From Diplonema japonicum (lineage: Eukaryota > Protista > Euglenozoa: Diplonemea), in the NCBI GenBank assembly GCA_964019335.1, contig OZ025714.1, positions 186,001-250,000 on the forward strand: 64,000 nucleotides of DNA. Direction: 5' to 3'. The notes under the pieces are model-generated. The model had not been told where the DNA came from. It did not search any database and worked only from the letters and a program-made list of their open reading frames with translations. The position numbers were made by a program, and so were the translations under genes. This document shows, piece by piece, positions 1-12,809 of this stretch. How positions within the stretch are numbered: position 1 is the first letter of the stretch; every line of letters begins with the position of its first letter.

Positions 1-1385
1 TGTATGTTGCAACACGCGTTTCCTAAGTCCAAGCATTCTGCCCTCCCCCATTGGTTCAGTCCACATGTTGTCCCTTCTTTGCATTGACCTCCACAGCCTG
101 CTGTTTCCGTTGTGGTCTTGTAAGATGTGGTAAGGTGTGCTGTGGGGATTTTCGTGCACTTCGGTCTGTTCCACTCGTCGGGTTTGCATACTGTGCCTGC
201 GGGGCACTCCATTGCATCGCACAGCCCTGTGTTGTTCCTGCACTGCACGACACCTTCCTTTGCGGAGCAGTGTGTTCCCGTGGGGCATAGCACGCTGGTG
301 CATTCGCTGTCGATCCTGACACACTGCTGCGTGCCCCATTGGTTTACCACACAGGTCGTACCCGTTGGGCATATGACACCGCGGCACTGATGGCTCGCAG
401 CCATACACCTGGGCACACCCGATGCACCGTACACGCAGATCCCATCGGGGGCAGTGCATTTGACATCGGAACAGGTTGTTCCCTTGATCATGCATTTTGA
501 GCTTTTTTCGCTGGTTACAATGCATATATCGTCTTCGGTGCATGCATTCTTCGCGCAAAGGTCTGCGGTGCTGCTGTTTGCAACGCACAAAGCAAGGCCC
601 TCCTTCGCGATGCAGGGTGCGGAGGAAGGGCACAGCAAGAAGTTGCAAGGGTCGGCGAGGTTCCTCACGCACCTTGCCCAACCATCAGAGGTGGGCTCGC
701 ATGTCGTGTCACTAGGGCACACCACACCCACACAGGGCCCTGAGGGGGGGGTGGCAACACATGTAGCTACGTTCCAAAAATCCGTCTCACAATGCGTGCC
801 CTCACGGCAGGTCATGCTCGCACAGTGGACGCTGTTGTTCATACAAGCAGCGTAACCCCAACGGTCCCTCCCGCAGTAAGTACCAGAAGGGCATGTGGAG
901 TGGCCACAAGGAGTCGCGGGCGGGTTTTTCACACAAGTTCCGTCGGCACAGTGCGTACCATCCGGGCAGGATAAATCACGACATGTGGGAGTGGGGTCCG
1001 CTTCGCAGGTTGCAACACCCCAGAAATCAGTCTCGCAGTGCGTGCCCTCACGGCAGGTCATGCTCGCACAGTGGACACTGTTGTCTATGCAAGCCACGTA
1101 GCCCCAGATATTTCTTTCACAGTGGGTTCCTGGGACACATGATTCGCTTCCGCAGGGGACGCTGTGCTTCATACATATGGGATGTCCGATCACGTTCACG
1201 TCACAGAGGTAGCCTAGAGGGCAGATCACTTGTTCGCAGGGGCCCTTGGTTTTGTTGATACACTGGGACAAGCCCCAAGGATCGATGTCACAGCTAGTGC
1301 CTTGGGGACAGATGGTGTCCTTGCAAGGGTTCGCAAGGGCTTGCGTTACAAATAGTAGTATTAATAGTGTTACTGTTGAGGTTTT

Positions 1386-1388
<3 letters not shown>
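1..1388 (-). CDS. Secreted cysteine-rich repeat protein (FOLN-like C-x4-C-x5-C repeats); 3' end runs off the window
   Basis: ATG at 1388 directly after a long A-run; signal-peptide-like MKTSTVTLLILLFVTQALA, then repeats such as CKDTICPQGTSCDIDPWGLSQC and CASMTCREGTHCETDFWGVATC. Spot-checked segments are in one frame and it is open at position 1 (presumably why the ORF track omits it). Confidence 0.85.
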
Positions 1389-1416
<28 letters not shown>

Positions 1417-2105
1417 CCCAGAAGAGGAACTGTGAGGTGTTTTGAAGTCCGGGAAAGAAAGTAAGGGGGAAGGGGTGAAAAAAAAAAAAGAAGAGGAAGA
1501 AAGAAAGAAGAAGAAGAAAGGACAAAAAAAAAAAAAAAAAAGAAGAGAGAGTAACGTTTGAGCACTGCCTTTTGTTATTATTATTTTTTTTTTTTTTCCC
1601 TCTTCTTCTTTTTTTTTTTTTTTTTCTGCATGGAATGGGTTACATAACAAGCTGTTCCCCCCGACTTTGCTTTGCTTTTTTTTTTCCCCTAATTTTTTAT
1701 TTAGAGTGAAAAAAAAAAAAAAAAAAAAAGTATTGCAGGTATGAAAAAAACCCGATGGCTCCATCCCATAAACAGTGAAAGGCCTCTTCTTTAAAAAAGG
1801 AAAAAAAAAATACTAATGAAGAAACTTTAAAAAAAAAAAAAAAAAAAAAAAAAACGAAACTGCATATTGTTGGGGGGAAACGGTAAAAAAAAAAAAAAAA
1901 AAAAAGAGAGAGGAGGGGAGAAAAAAAAAAGAAGAAGAAAAAACTTGACTCCTTCTGCCGGAGTATCGATTGCCGGTGCAACGCCCACAAGATGATCACT
2001 ATCGGATCACAAAGAGTTAAACACAGACGGGAAAGTAGCAAGTAGAGAGGGGAAAAAAAAAAAAAAATCCACGCAATGTAGGTAGGGTGGACCCCTTGGT
2101 GTAGG

Positions 2106-2139
<34 letters not shown>

Positions 2140-2205
2140 ACCCCTCGTCCGCGAACGCGTGACTAAGAAATCTTTTTTTTTTTTTTTTTTTTTTTCTTTC
2201 CCCCT

Positions 2206-3156
2206 CTACAAGGTGATCGATTTCAAAGCACCAAGAAGAGGAGGGTCTCTTCCAAGCATCGAGAACAAGAGCATCACCGACGGCAGCCCGATCGACAAAA
2301 TCCCTGTATTCACGGCCTTCGACGCGGCAACAAGAGAAGATCCCCCTGAACGGTTAATACTCTGCCTCAGCTCCTGATAATGCGCAAAAACAAAGTGCGC
2401 AATGTAATATTCTGCAATAGTCCGAAGCCTGCTCAACGGCTCGAAAGCGAACAACGCAACAGGGCCGGCCCCGTGAAGAGGAGGTTCTTGTCCGTAGTAG
2501 CCAAACGCAACATTCGACCAAGTAGCACACCCCATGTAAATTGCCTCAGTTCGAAGAGCCTTCTTGAAAGCGTTCTTAATCCTTGCGATAAGGTCAGACC
2601 GTTTTTTATCCTTCTTCGTGAGCCACCCCACGACTGCCTGAAGGAAATACACCGTGAAAAGCGCCTTAAACCCCCACACCCCACCACGGACCGTGTTCTG
2701 AAGAAACTCCGGCATAGAAGGAACAGTTGGGTTTGATCCGAATTTTACAACAGCTGATCGGGAAGGAATTCCGAGGAGTTTTCCCATTGTGGATGTGAAC
2801 TCTGGGTGTACCGTGGTGTCGATGCCCGATGCAGCCTTAGGCCATTTTGCCCATAGAACACTGGCGATTGGGAAGAAAACGTAACATACTGCTGCTTTGC
2901 AGGAGGTATCAGCGTCCTCAAACATTGCCAAGAGCTTCGCTACTAGGGCCGAGATCAGCAGGGATTTATTCGAGGGGGTCCACCTGCTGCCCATCACCAG
3001 CAACGCAACGGCCGCGCATATGGCCGCCCTCCTGTTTTTTATCTCCTCTTCCGTGCCTTTTAAATGCTTCCTCCCCCAGCTTTGGCTGAAAACCTTCGAC
3101 GCGGCAGCATGCACACCCACTACCCCTCCCAGCTCTAAAAAATTCGATAGTTTCAT
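2206..3156 (-). CDS. Multi-pass membrane protein, possibly TMEM135/PXMP4-like
   Basis: 316-aa ORF with ATG after an A-run and several hydrophobic segments; the family resemblance is weak (C-terminal FEPLSRLRTIAEY). Confidence 0.65.
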   Translation of the reverse strand: MKLSNFLELGGVVGVHAAASKVFSQSWGRKHLKGTEEEIKNRRAAICAAVALLVMGSRWTPSNKSLLISALVAKLLAMFEDADTSCKAAVCYVFFPIASVLWAKWPKAASGIDTTVHPEFTSTMGKLLGIPSRSAVVKFGSNPTVPSMPEFLQNTVRGGVWGFKALFTVYFLQAVVGWLTKKDKKRSDLIARIKNAFKKALRTEAIYMGCATWSNVAFGYYGQEPPLHGAGPVALFAFEPLSRLRTIAEYYIAHFVFAHYQELRQSINRSGGSSLVAASKAVNTGILSIGLPSVMLLFSMLGRDPPLLGALKSITL

Positions 3157-3669
3157 TTTTTTTTTTTTTTTTTTTTGCTCTCTCGCGTTCTCCCCCCTCT
3201 TTTTTTTTTTTATGGGTGCTGGCTTCTTGAATTGAAAAAATAACTTTTTTTTATACTATTTTTTTTATTTTTTTTTTTAAGAGTGACGGAGAAGGATAAA
3301 AAAAGGGGGGGGGGGGGCGAGGGTGAGAAAAAAAATTCCATGTACAAATGAAATATTTCCAATAAAAAAAAGGTTGGGGATGGAAAAAAAAAAAGTGGTA
3401 GGGGCGTGGGGGATTTTTTTTTTGCAGGTTTAATGCACTAGAGATGTAACAGGTGTGTGGGATGGTGAACAAAGGGGGGGGGGGGGGGGGAGAGGGGTTA
3501 GCCAGCGAGTGAAAAAAATGATTTTCTTCCCTTCCGTGACTTGGAGACGTGCTGTGTTGCAGAAAAGATGAGGACGGGTTTCTTTGTACTATTTACCCCC
3601 TTCTTTTTATTATCCCCCCCCCTTTACGAAATGACAAGGCTATGAATATACAAAGTAAATACCAGTTGG

Positions 3670-3702
<33 letters not shown>

Positions 3703-3957
3703 ACCTCCAGATATGAAATCTGGATAAGTGGACAAATAAAAAAATTCAAAAAAAAAAATACTTGCATGATCTTTCGTCAGTTCAATTTAGAGCCATAACA
3801 GGGGGGGGGGGGGGGGGGAGGGAGGAAAAAAAAGGTGCTTCCTGCACAAACACCCTGCATTTTGTTGTTGCATTTTCCCCTCCTCTTTTTTTTCTTCTTC
3901 CTTTTTACTCCCCATTTCTCTAGGACAATGGCTCGGACAGTAGGTTCAGACTACGGG

Positions 3958-4011
<54 letters not shown>

Positions 4012-4487
4012 AGCAAGGGGGGAGGGGAATCAATGGGGGCGAGAGACACAACAGACAGGGAATGAAGAATAAAAAACGAAAAGGCGGAGGGAAGTAGGGA
4101 AACTGTAAAGAAATATCACATTTCTTTTCCTTTTTTTTTTACTCCCCCCCCTTTTGTTTGTTTGAATGGAGGATGGAAAACAAAAGGGGCGGGGGGTGGG
4201 GGTGGAATCTATCTTTTTTTATTTTTATTATTATTATTGTTCCTCCTTCTTGACATCCTTCCCCCCCCCCCCCCCCCCACTTCCGTTTACTTCTCTTTCT
4301 GTTTTGCGCAAACCGGATTCTATGTTTAGAGGGAAGACTTTTTTGAAAACTTTCTAACATCTTTTTTCCAACAACAACATCGCATTATTAGAGCGACCGG
4401 AAAAAAAAATTATTGACTTACATCATGGATCCCCCCCCTCCAGATACACTCCCTCCCCCCCAAAAAAATACAAGAAAAAAAACTTTT

Positions 4488-4531
4488 TCAGTAAGGAAGC
4501 AACATGAGGTAAGACAGCACTCGCAACGCCT

Positions 4532-4566
<35 letters not shown>

Positions 4567-6110
4567 CCCTTCTACATACGTGCCGCGCTTCGGGCCACCT
4601 TTTATGCTGGTTTCTCGACCATATTAACAAAAGCAATTTTGCCTGCCGTCTTCTTGGCTTGTAGTCAGGGCACCGTCGTAGGACCTGATTGATGGACGGC
4701 CGGGCCTCAGGGTGGCTATTAAGCATGTCTTTTACGAGCCTGCTCGAATATTTCGGCGCATCTGCAGGCGGCTTGCACTCCAAGAGCTCCAACAAGTTCA
4801 CATAAGGCTTCCTACCCTTCGCCATTTGGTAGAGAATACACCCGAGCGCAAAGATATCCGCCGGCATCCCATAAGGCATTCGATTGTGCACCTCAGGTGC
4901 CATGTACAACTCGGTCCCGCAAATGGTTGTCGCCACCTCTTCTTCAGGAAGGAGAGCGCGGGCAAGACCGAAATCAGCTAGTTTAACAACCCCTCTTGTG
5001 GTTAGTAAAATATTCGCGGGTTTCAGGTCGCGGTGCAGAATGCTCCTTTCGTGCATGTATCTTATCGCCTCTGCGATTTGTTGGAAAATCGTCCATTTTG
5101 TGGAAATTGATGCCGTGGACCTGTGCCGGGTCAGCCAAGCTGCAAGATCGCCTCCATCGCAGTACTCTGTTACAATAACAAGCGCGCCGTGCTCCCAGTA
5201 GGCTTCGATGAAACGCAGGATGTTCGGGTGTTTCAAGCGCATTAAGTGTGCAGCCTCTTTCTGCACCTTTCTCATACGCTTTGCATCGGCGGCTTTCTTC
5301 TGCGGTGTCATCGACCCCACTGGACGCTTCGGCTCTTTCGTCACCAGCTGCAGCCCGTCCGACTTCCTCTCCACAAGATACACGATCCCGAAGTTCCCTT
5401 CTCCAAGCTTCTTGACCCTGTTGTACCTGTCCCCTGGTTGCTGCGGGAACATGGGAGTGGAAATATCGTAATGTTTCGTCGGTTTTTTCGGTGTTGGGAG
5501 ATGCTCTGATGTGGCGGCCCTTGGTATCGAAGGCTGCGGCGGTGGAAGAGGACGAGGCGGTGTCACCGACCGATGCTTCGGTGTAACGTTTCGAATAGCA
5601 GGAGACGGTGTTGGCGGTGACTTAAACGGCACTGCAACAGGAGGAGGCTGTGGCTGCGGGGTGTGCTGCGGGGAGCTAAACGCATGTTGAGGTGTTGGAA
5701 CAGGCGGCTTGGAGGGCTGCGGTGCAACGGACACCCTACGACGAGCTACAGCACCCACCACAATCGCCATCAGAGCCGCCTGCGTAACTGCATTGACAGC
5801 CGCCTTTCTCTTTGGAGCCTGCAGCTTCCGTTTCAACTCTTCAGAGAAAAACCTGTAAAAGTCGTACCACATTGTGACTCCAGTGTCACTGGTGTCCAGT
5901 GCTCTCCAGACTTCTTTCACGTCGCCCACTCGCCGGTTTAAGCACCGTGCCACCTCTGATTCCTCCAAAGCGTCGCCTAGTTCACACGCTCCTATGAACC
6001 CGTCGTGTGCACTGTCTGCTCGTGACCATGCCCACCGGATCTTGAGAAGGGTTTCCACCGCTTCCAAAGTCGGGGTTGGTCCAAGGCTGCCGATCACCGA
6101 TGCAGGGCTG

Positions 6111-6144
<34 letters not shown>

Positions 6145-7483
6145 GAAAAATAACATACTCAGGCCATCCCAACTCTAGCTGTAGGTATCTATCTGCTTTG
6201 AACCTGTCTATGATCTCGGCAGCCTGGACGTATCCCTTTGCATCGGGTACTGGCACCAAGCGTTCCAACACGTTCTTGTACGACTGTATGGGTTCGGACG
6301 CAAACCGAAGAGGGATGTTGTGGAAGTATGTGAAGAATTCTTTGAGGGTCGCGGTGGGGCTCCCTGGGGATATCTGCCGGAAGAGAGGGGTGGCTAGGTA
6401 CGGCGGGATGGCGAGCTCCCGACTAACGTCTGCGGAGTCCCGCAACGCAGTGGCAAGGTCCCACGCCGTGAACTCACCTTTTCTTCGAACATCTATTTGC
6501 TCGAAAAGCCACCGGCAGGTACAATAATGTTTGATGGCGGTTTGAGTCACAATGGTACCGTGAACGGCACCACGGGACGAATCAAGGAGGAGGTCGAGAA
6601 GTGCCACGTGTTCATCTGGAGGCCAACCTGTCGACTGCCTCAACGAAGCGTCGCATTCCATAGCCTTCCGAAGCTTCACGACAGGAATACCACTGTCTTC
6701 TATGTCCCCACCTTGCATTGCGATCCCGAACAGAATATTCGCCCGTGCTGTGGGCTGAGCTAAGGTGGGATCGCCTACACCGGAATACTTCGATTCCTGC
6801 ATAGTGTTGCGGTATGTGATTGTAGGCTGCATGTTGTCATCGTCATGGTAGAACGAGTGTTGGTTTTCAGGGCTGTCGACGTTGGCTGGTGAGTACCCGC
6901 CTCCTCCAGGGCTTCTAGTGAGCTGGTCGATTCGACGGTTAAGCATCGCGTTTCCTTTTTGTGAGGACATTAACATCCGGCCGCCTTCTTCTAATGTCAG
7001 TGATCGACCGTGTCGGAAGGGCGGGGGTGTTTCATGGACTAAACCATTCTCAATAGGGTTCACCATGCCCAGTCTCGGGGCTTCAAGAGCAACAGGGAAA
7101 GAAGAGTAGCTGTCGAAAGTTGGTTTTTCCATCGTTTCAAGTAATCTATTGCGGGAGTCCGCTGTTCCATTGTTTGTTTCCACAGTGACGATGGAACTGT
7201 CACGCCGTGGGAACATGCCGTGGTGTGGTGGAGGGGACTGATAGCTTGCATTTCCTTGGGATTGAGATATTGCTCGCATATATGGGACTCCTTGATTGTG
7301 CATAGGGGACAGTTTTGTGGAGGTGTCGCGGATGATCGGGCTGGGGGATCTTTGTCGTTGGTGTGGTTGTTGTTGTTGTTGTTGTTGTTGGGGGCTTCTC
7401 CGCCTGTCTTGCGGCCGTTGGGTTTTGCTTTTTTTGTTCAGCTGCCGCGGCTTCGGGGCTGGGTCGCTTTGACAACATCCCAT
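4488..7483 (-). CDS. NEK-like Ser/Thr kinase with N-terminal acylation motif and EF-hand-like region
   Basis: GEGNFG, HRDLKPAN, DFG and APE kinase motifs; MGCCQS N-terminus; EF-hand-like DVRRKGEF, DSAHDGFIG, DTSDTGVT. Introns 6108-6158 and 4530-4579; the spliced C-terminus is EARHALRVLSYLMLLPY* (stop at 4488). Confidence 0.9.
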
Positions 7484-8290
7484 TTTCTTTTTTTTTAATT
7501 CCCCCGCCCCCCGTCTTGCCTTGGCCCCCCGCCCTCTCCTCCTCTCCCTACCCCCCCTCCTTTTTTTTGTGAAATAATGTTTGGATTATACAGGGAGATA
7601 TTTCAAAAAAAAGGTAAAAACAAAATCTTCAAAAAACAAGGAAGGTGGGTTTTTTTTCAAAAAAAAAAATTTTTTTTTGGGGGCGGCATAAAAAAAAAAA
7701 TACTTTATTTGGGGGAAAAGAAGGGCAGAGTGGAGTGGGGGGTGGAAGGGGAATTGAACTATGCCCCCCCAAAAAAAAAGAAACCAAAAAAAAAAAAAAC
7801 ACACACACACAACCCCCCTTTTTTTTTCGTCTTTTTTCTTTCTATATTAACGTTATTAGAGCAGGGGGGAAGAAGAAGAAGAAAAAAAAAGGCATAAAAT
7901 CGTCGGAGAAAATTAGGTGACGGAAGTGGGGATAAGAAAGAAAAAGAGAGAAAAAAAAATAACACCAAATCTTTTTTTTTTCCTCCCGTTCCGGTAATAC
8001 TTATTTTACAGTCGGAATCAAAAGGGAATAAAATATAATGAGTAAGGAAGTCAAAAAGGAAGTCTTTTGTGAGACGCCCCCCTGTTTCTCAATTTCTTTT
8101 TTTTTTTTTTTTGAGAGTCAGACACTGCCGCAAAAAAAAAAAAAAAAAAAAAAAATCACAACACCATTTTTTTTTTTTGTTATTTCTCCTTATTTTCAAA
8201 AAAAATGGGAGGGGGAAAAAAAAACGTTTTTACTGGGAAAAAAAAAAACGGGGGGGGGGGAGTTTTTTTTTTTTTTCTTTTCTCCTTTGC

Positions 8291-9574
8291 TCAGCAGTTC
8301 AGGGCAGTGGCGAGGTTCTTAGCCAGCGTGTCCATAAACTCGTGCGTGTTTTGGTAGTTCTCCCTGGTCATTCTGTTCCCGTGGATAAGAAGCGCAAGAT
8401 CCTTGGTCATGTAACCCTGCTCGACGGACTTCACGATGACCTTGTCAAGCGTGTCGGCAAAGTGGACGGCTTCGGTGTTACCATCAAGCTTCCCACGGTG
8501 ACGAATCCCCCCAGTCCAAGCGTAAATAGACGCGATGGGGTTGGTGGAGGTTTCCTCACCCTTTTGCCACTGGCGGTAGTGGCGGGTGACGGTACCGTGC
8601 GCAGCTTCAGCTTCGACAGTTTCACCATCAGGGCACACAAGCACGGATGTCATCAACCCAAGCGACCCGTAGCCCTGCGCGACAATGTCGGACTGGACAT
8701 CACCATCATAGTTCTTGCAGGCCCACACAAGACCACCGTTCGATTTCAGCACTTGTGCAACAAGATCATCGATCAGACGGTGTTCGTACCAAATGCCAGC
8801 GTCCTCGAACTTGCTCTTGAACTCCTTCTGGTAGATGTCCTCGAAGACCTGCAGGAACATCCCGTCGTACTGCTTGAGGATTGTGTTCTTAGTCGACAGC
8901 TGGCAGGGGTAGCCCTTCACCAAGGAGTATGCGAGGCACGACCTCGCAAAGTCAACGATCGACTGGCGGTAGTTGTACATACCCATGCCAACACCACCAT
9001 CATCGCCGTACTCTGCAATTTTAAACTCTTCCGGGGCTGCGAAGGATTTTTTTTTTTTTTTTTTTTTTTTTTGTAAAAAAAAAAAAAAATTGTAAAAAAA
9101 CACACACCAGAACCGTCCTTCGGTGTGAAGGTCATTGTCAGTGTGCCTGCCTTGTCGAATTGTGCGTCGGTTGCCTTGTACTGGTCGCCGTGGGCGTGCC
9201 TTCCGATGATGATGGGCTTGGTCCACCCGGGGACCACCCTCGGGATGTTCCTGATCATGATCGGTTCTCTGAAGACGGTGCCCCCAAGGATGTTCCTAAT
9301 GGTTCCGTTGGGAGACCTCCACATTTTCTTGAGCTTGAACTCCTCCACTCGTGCCTCGTCTGTGTGTAGATTTTTTTTTTTAAAAAAAAAAATTATATAC
9401 ACCTGGGGTGATGGTCGCGCACTTCACGGCCACCTTGTGCTTGATTGTGGCGTGAGCGGAGTCGGAGGTAACTTTGTCATCTGTGGCGTCTCTGTGCTCC
9501 ATCCCGAGGTCGTAGTACTCAAGAGGGACGTCGACGTGGGGGAGGATCAGCTTGTCTTTGATTTCCTTCCAGCT

Positions 9575-9633
<59 letters not shown>

Positions 9634-9761
9634 CTCCCTCCATACATAATCCTTGTCATCTCATCACCATCCATCTCCACAATGGTGTTCTTGATCTGTA
9701 TCTTCCCCATCTTGGCCGCGGTGGCGCTGAACGCCCGTCTTCCTGTGGTGCCGATCATCAT
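8291..9761 (-). CDS. IDH: NADP-dependent isocitrate dehydrogenase, probably mitochondrial
   Basis: Motifs [60 protein letters not shown]. Introns 9573-9645, 9360-9402 and 9037-9107 restore the frame exactly; short Arg-containing presequence. Confidence 0.97.
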
Positions 9762-10789
9762 TCTTTCCCTTTTTTTTTTTTTTTTTCCTTTTCCTGTTTT
9801 GTGTTTTTTTTTTTTTTTTTTTTTTTTTTGGAAGTCAGAATAAAATTATAAAAAATAAAAAATAAAAAGAGAAAATCACACCGTTACTCCATGAATGAGT
9901 CGGGGAAGGGCATGTGGAAAAAAAAAAAAGAAGTACTAATAATAAAAATAAAGGGATAGGGGTGAGAAAGAGACAAGTGTGTGTGCTCAGTGAAGGTGGG
10001 AAGGGGGAAGGGGGGGGTTTTTTTTTTAAAAAAAAAAGTCCGTAACTTATTTGAATAAAAACGGGTTAAAGAAGGAACTGACCTGATTTTGGAAAAGAAT
10101 GATAGAGGCACCCCGTAGCTTCGCAGGGCCGCGCTCACAAGAGAAAAAAAAAAAAAAAAAAAAAAAAAAAAGATGAGGATGAAGAAAAATGAAAACTTGG
10201 AAACCAACAGAGCCGAGGGTAACTTTGGAAGGGAATTTTTCCTTAACTTTCATCCACTAACTTTAAGGTTACTTGTTTCCAATCAAGTTCAAATTTCGTT
10301 CTTTTCACTCATGTTTCATGGCCAAAAGACACCTACACTTGAACTCCGAACTTGACCTTGCATGTAGGTAACTTAAAGTTGTAGCACCCTGTTCTGTTAA
10401 TCCCCATTTTTTTTTTCTTTTTTTTTTTTTTTTTCGTTCAATTTTCTTTCCAACGCAAAAAAGAAGAAAAAAAAAGTGGAAAAAAAAAAAAAAAAAAAAA
10501 AATCATGAGGCACAAGGAGGTCGTTTTTGCCCTCTCCCTTCTCATATTTTTCTACCTGCATCATGTAGGCAAGGTACTGGGAAAAAAAAAAAAAAAAAAA
10601 GCAAACGGAAGGGCTTATAAAAGTGCCTGTTTCCAGAATTTTCTTCTTTTTTTTTTTGTTCTCTCTCTTTTTTTTTTTTTCTTTCTTTTTTTTTCTCTCC
10701 CCCCCCTTTGTATCTCCTAATCCAGCGACCGGCAGGAAAGGCCGCCTATAGTGCCGCATAAGACCACGTGAGCGTGTCAAGGGAGTGAC

Positions 10790-10875
10790 AGTGGTGAAGT
10801 AATTTCAGAATGTCGTGGAATAAAATCACTTAAAAGAATGATTTGTACCGGCCTCTGGTGCCGCATTTAATACAA
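10790..10875 (-). mobile_element. Degenerate fragment of the 44.1-44.9 kb hairpin element family
   Basis: Reverse complement AAATGCGGCACCAGAGGCCGGTAC...AAGTGATTTTATTCCACGACATTCTGAAATTACTTCACCAC matches about 44213-44298. Confidence 0.75.
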
Positions 10876-11535
10876 CATTTCTTTTTTTTTTTCTTTTTTT
10901 TTTCTTTGCGTTGGTTTAGTTTTTTTTTTTTTTTTTTTTGTTTCTACATCCCCCCTCTTTTCGTTGGGACGAAAGCTTCTTCCGCTCTAAAAAAAAAAAA
11001 AAAAAAAAAAAATGGCACATAAAAACCATTCTCCGTAAAACAACAAAGCTTGGCAATGATGAAGAGTCCCATTGATGAAGACTGTCTGTTTTGGGGGGGT
11101 TGGGTCTATCTCTCGATGCTCCCCCTTTTCTGTTTCCTTGGACATCCCCTCACAAGATGACCATTTCTTCCTTTTTCTTTCGTTCTTTTTTTAAAAAAAA
11201 TATTTTTTTCGGAGGTAAACCTTTCATGAAGTTAAAAAAAAAAAAAAAAAAAGAAGAAATTGTGAGGTTAGGTACTCGGCTCCAAACATTTGTATTTTTT
11301 ATTAGACGGCCCAATATATGCCTTTCCTCTGTTAACCCCAATTGTTTGCTCATAATAGCGATATCCGGTGAGAGACAAAAAAAAATAAAATAAAAAAAAA
11401 ATAGCAAGGTTTTCCTTTTATACTGAAAAAAATCTTTTTTTTTCCGCCCCTCCCCCCCCCCCTTTTTTTTTAACACACAACTTTTAAAAAATAACAAAAA
11501 AAATTCTAACAAAAAAAAAACCCCCCCCCCACACT

Positions 11536-12809
11536 TTATTCCAGGCTGCTCATGCTGAAATCACCCAGCACTGCTGGTGCCTCTGCATCATCAGGCCGTC
11601 TTAACGGGGGAGAAGGGGGCCTCAGCCCGGTATTCTCATCAATACAAACAGACTCGACATCAGTGGACAGACACTCAGTGAGACATTCTTCAATATCGAA
11701 ATCTTCGTCCACAGGCGCTTGGGTGTAGACATCCTTCTGGGCACATGTCCTGTACATGACTCCTATGAACACTACGAGACAAAGAGCAAGAGGTATCCTA
11801 TAGAATTTGATTTTTTTTTTTTTTTTTTTTTTTTTTCAAAATATACCCCAACGAAGGTTGCACGGTTGCCCATGTAATTCCAATGGTGAGAATCGACACA
11901 ACCGACGCCGCAGCATTACCGTGTACAAACATCATAACAGTGCTGAGACGTGTTAGCCAAGAAAAGTGTTCTGGGGTTTTTTTTTTTTTTTTTTTCTTTT
12001 TTTTTTTTTTTCTTCCCAATACCGTTCACAAATGGGACTGTTCTCGAAAGCTGGACCAGCCAAGACAGAACCAAGTGCACGCCCATCCACACCACAAACC
12101 ACCCAAAGGCCCGCAATGGGTACATCAGCCCAATAGAAGCATGAGCCTTGACGAACTGATCAAACCTCGCACTGCCCACAGGATCCGGTATAAACACAAT
12201 AAGCGTTGAAGAATCAACAGGGTTCGACCAAGGAAGAAGCCTGTCGTTCGACGATTGTAAAGCAAGGAACGCAACATTGGCAGGCTTGGGCAAGTACGTG
12301 TAGACAGAACGCGTAGTGGGCGAGATGTCATAAACATGTTGCGACAGGTACTGGTCTTGCCATAATGGACATGATTGAAGCTCGAAGTCCGAACAGTCTA
12401 AAATCCATGTGGTGTGTCCTTGGGTACCGATGCTGATGGAAAATGTTTGTGTGTTTGTTTCTTTCTCGATCCAGGATTTTTTGTCGGGGTCGTATTCTTC
12501 ATGAACTACATGGTAGGCTGCTGTGGTGATGTTGGGCATTCCCGGCAGAGGGGTTCCTTTGCTCAGAACAGGTACACCCCAGGCCCCTACAAGCTTGCCG
12601 TTGTCCTCCCTCTTCAGGTGGTTGTCAGTGTTTAACACGATGGCTTCCTTGGCCGCCTTGCTCTTTTCCCATACTACCACGCCGTGTCTCTCTGTTACCG
12701 CCAAGGTCACCAAACCCGAGATTATCGCCATTAAGCCCAACGGGGCGACTGCCAAGCCCAGGCATCTGCACTGCAGGCCGTGGTTTCTTTCTTCTATCCA
12801 GTCCTTCAT
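11536..12809 (-). CDS. TMEM43: TMEM43 (DUF1625)-like membrane protein
   Basis: N-terminal TM followed by DNGKLVG; C-terminal LRAFGWFVVWMG...SILTIGITW..QP pattern as in TMEM43. Introns 11971-12022 and 11798-11846 join three ORFs in frame. Confidence 0.75.

Noticed and set aside
8917-9761. Programmed frameshifting, RNA editing or pseudogenisation to explain the split IDH and HslU ORFs
   Set aside because: Canonical GT-AG introns restore frame and conserved motifs exactly.
10206-10397. Possible MITE (AACAGAGCCGAGGGT...ACCCTGTTCTGTT)
   Set aside because: TIR too degenerate and no clear TSD.
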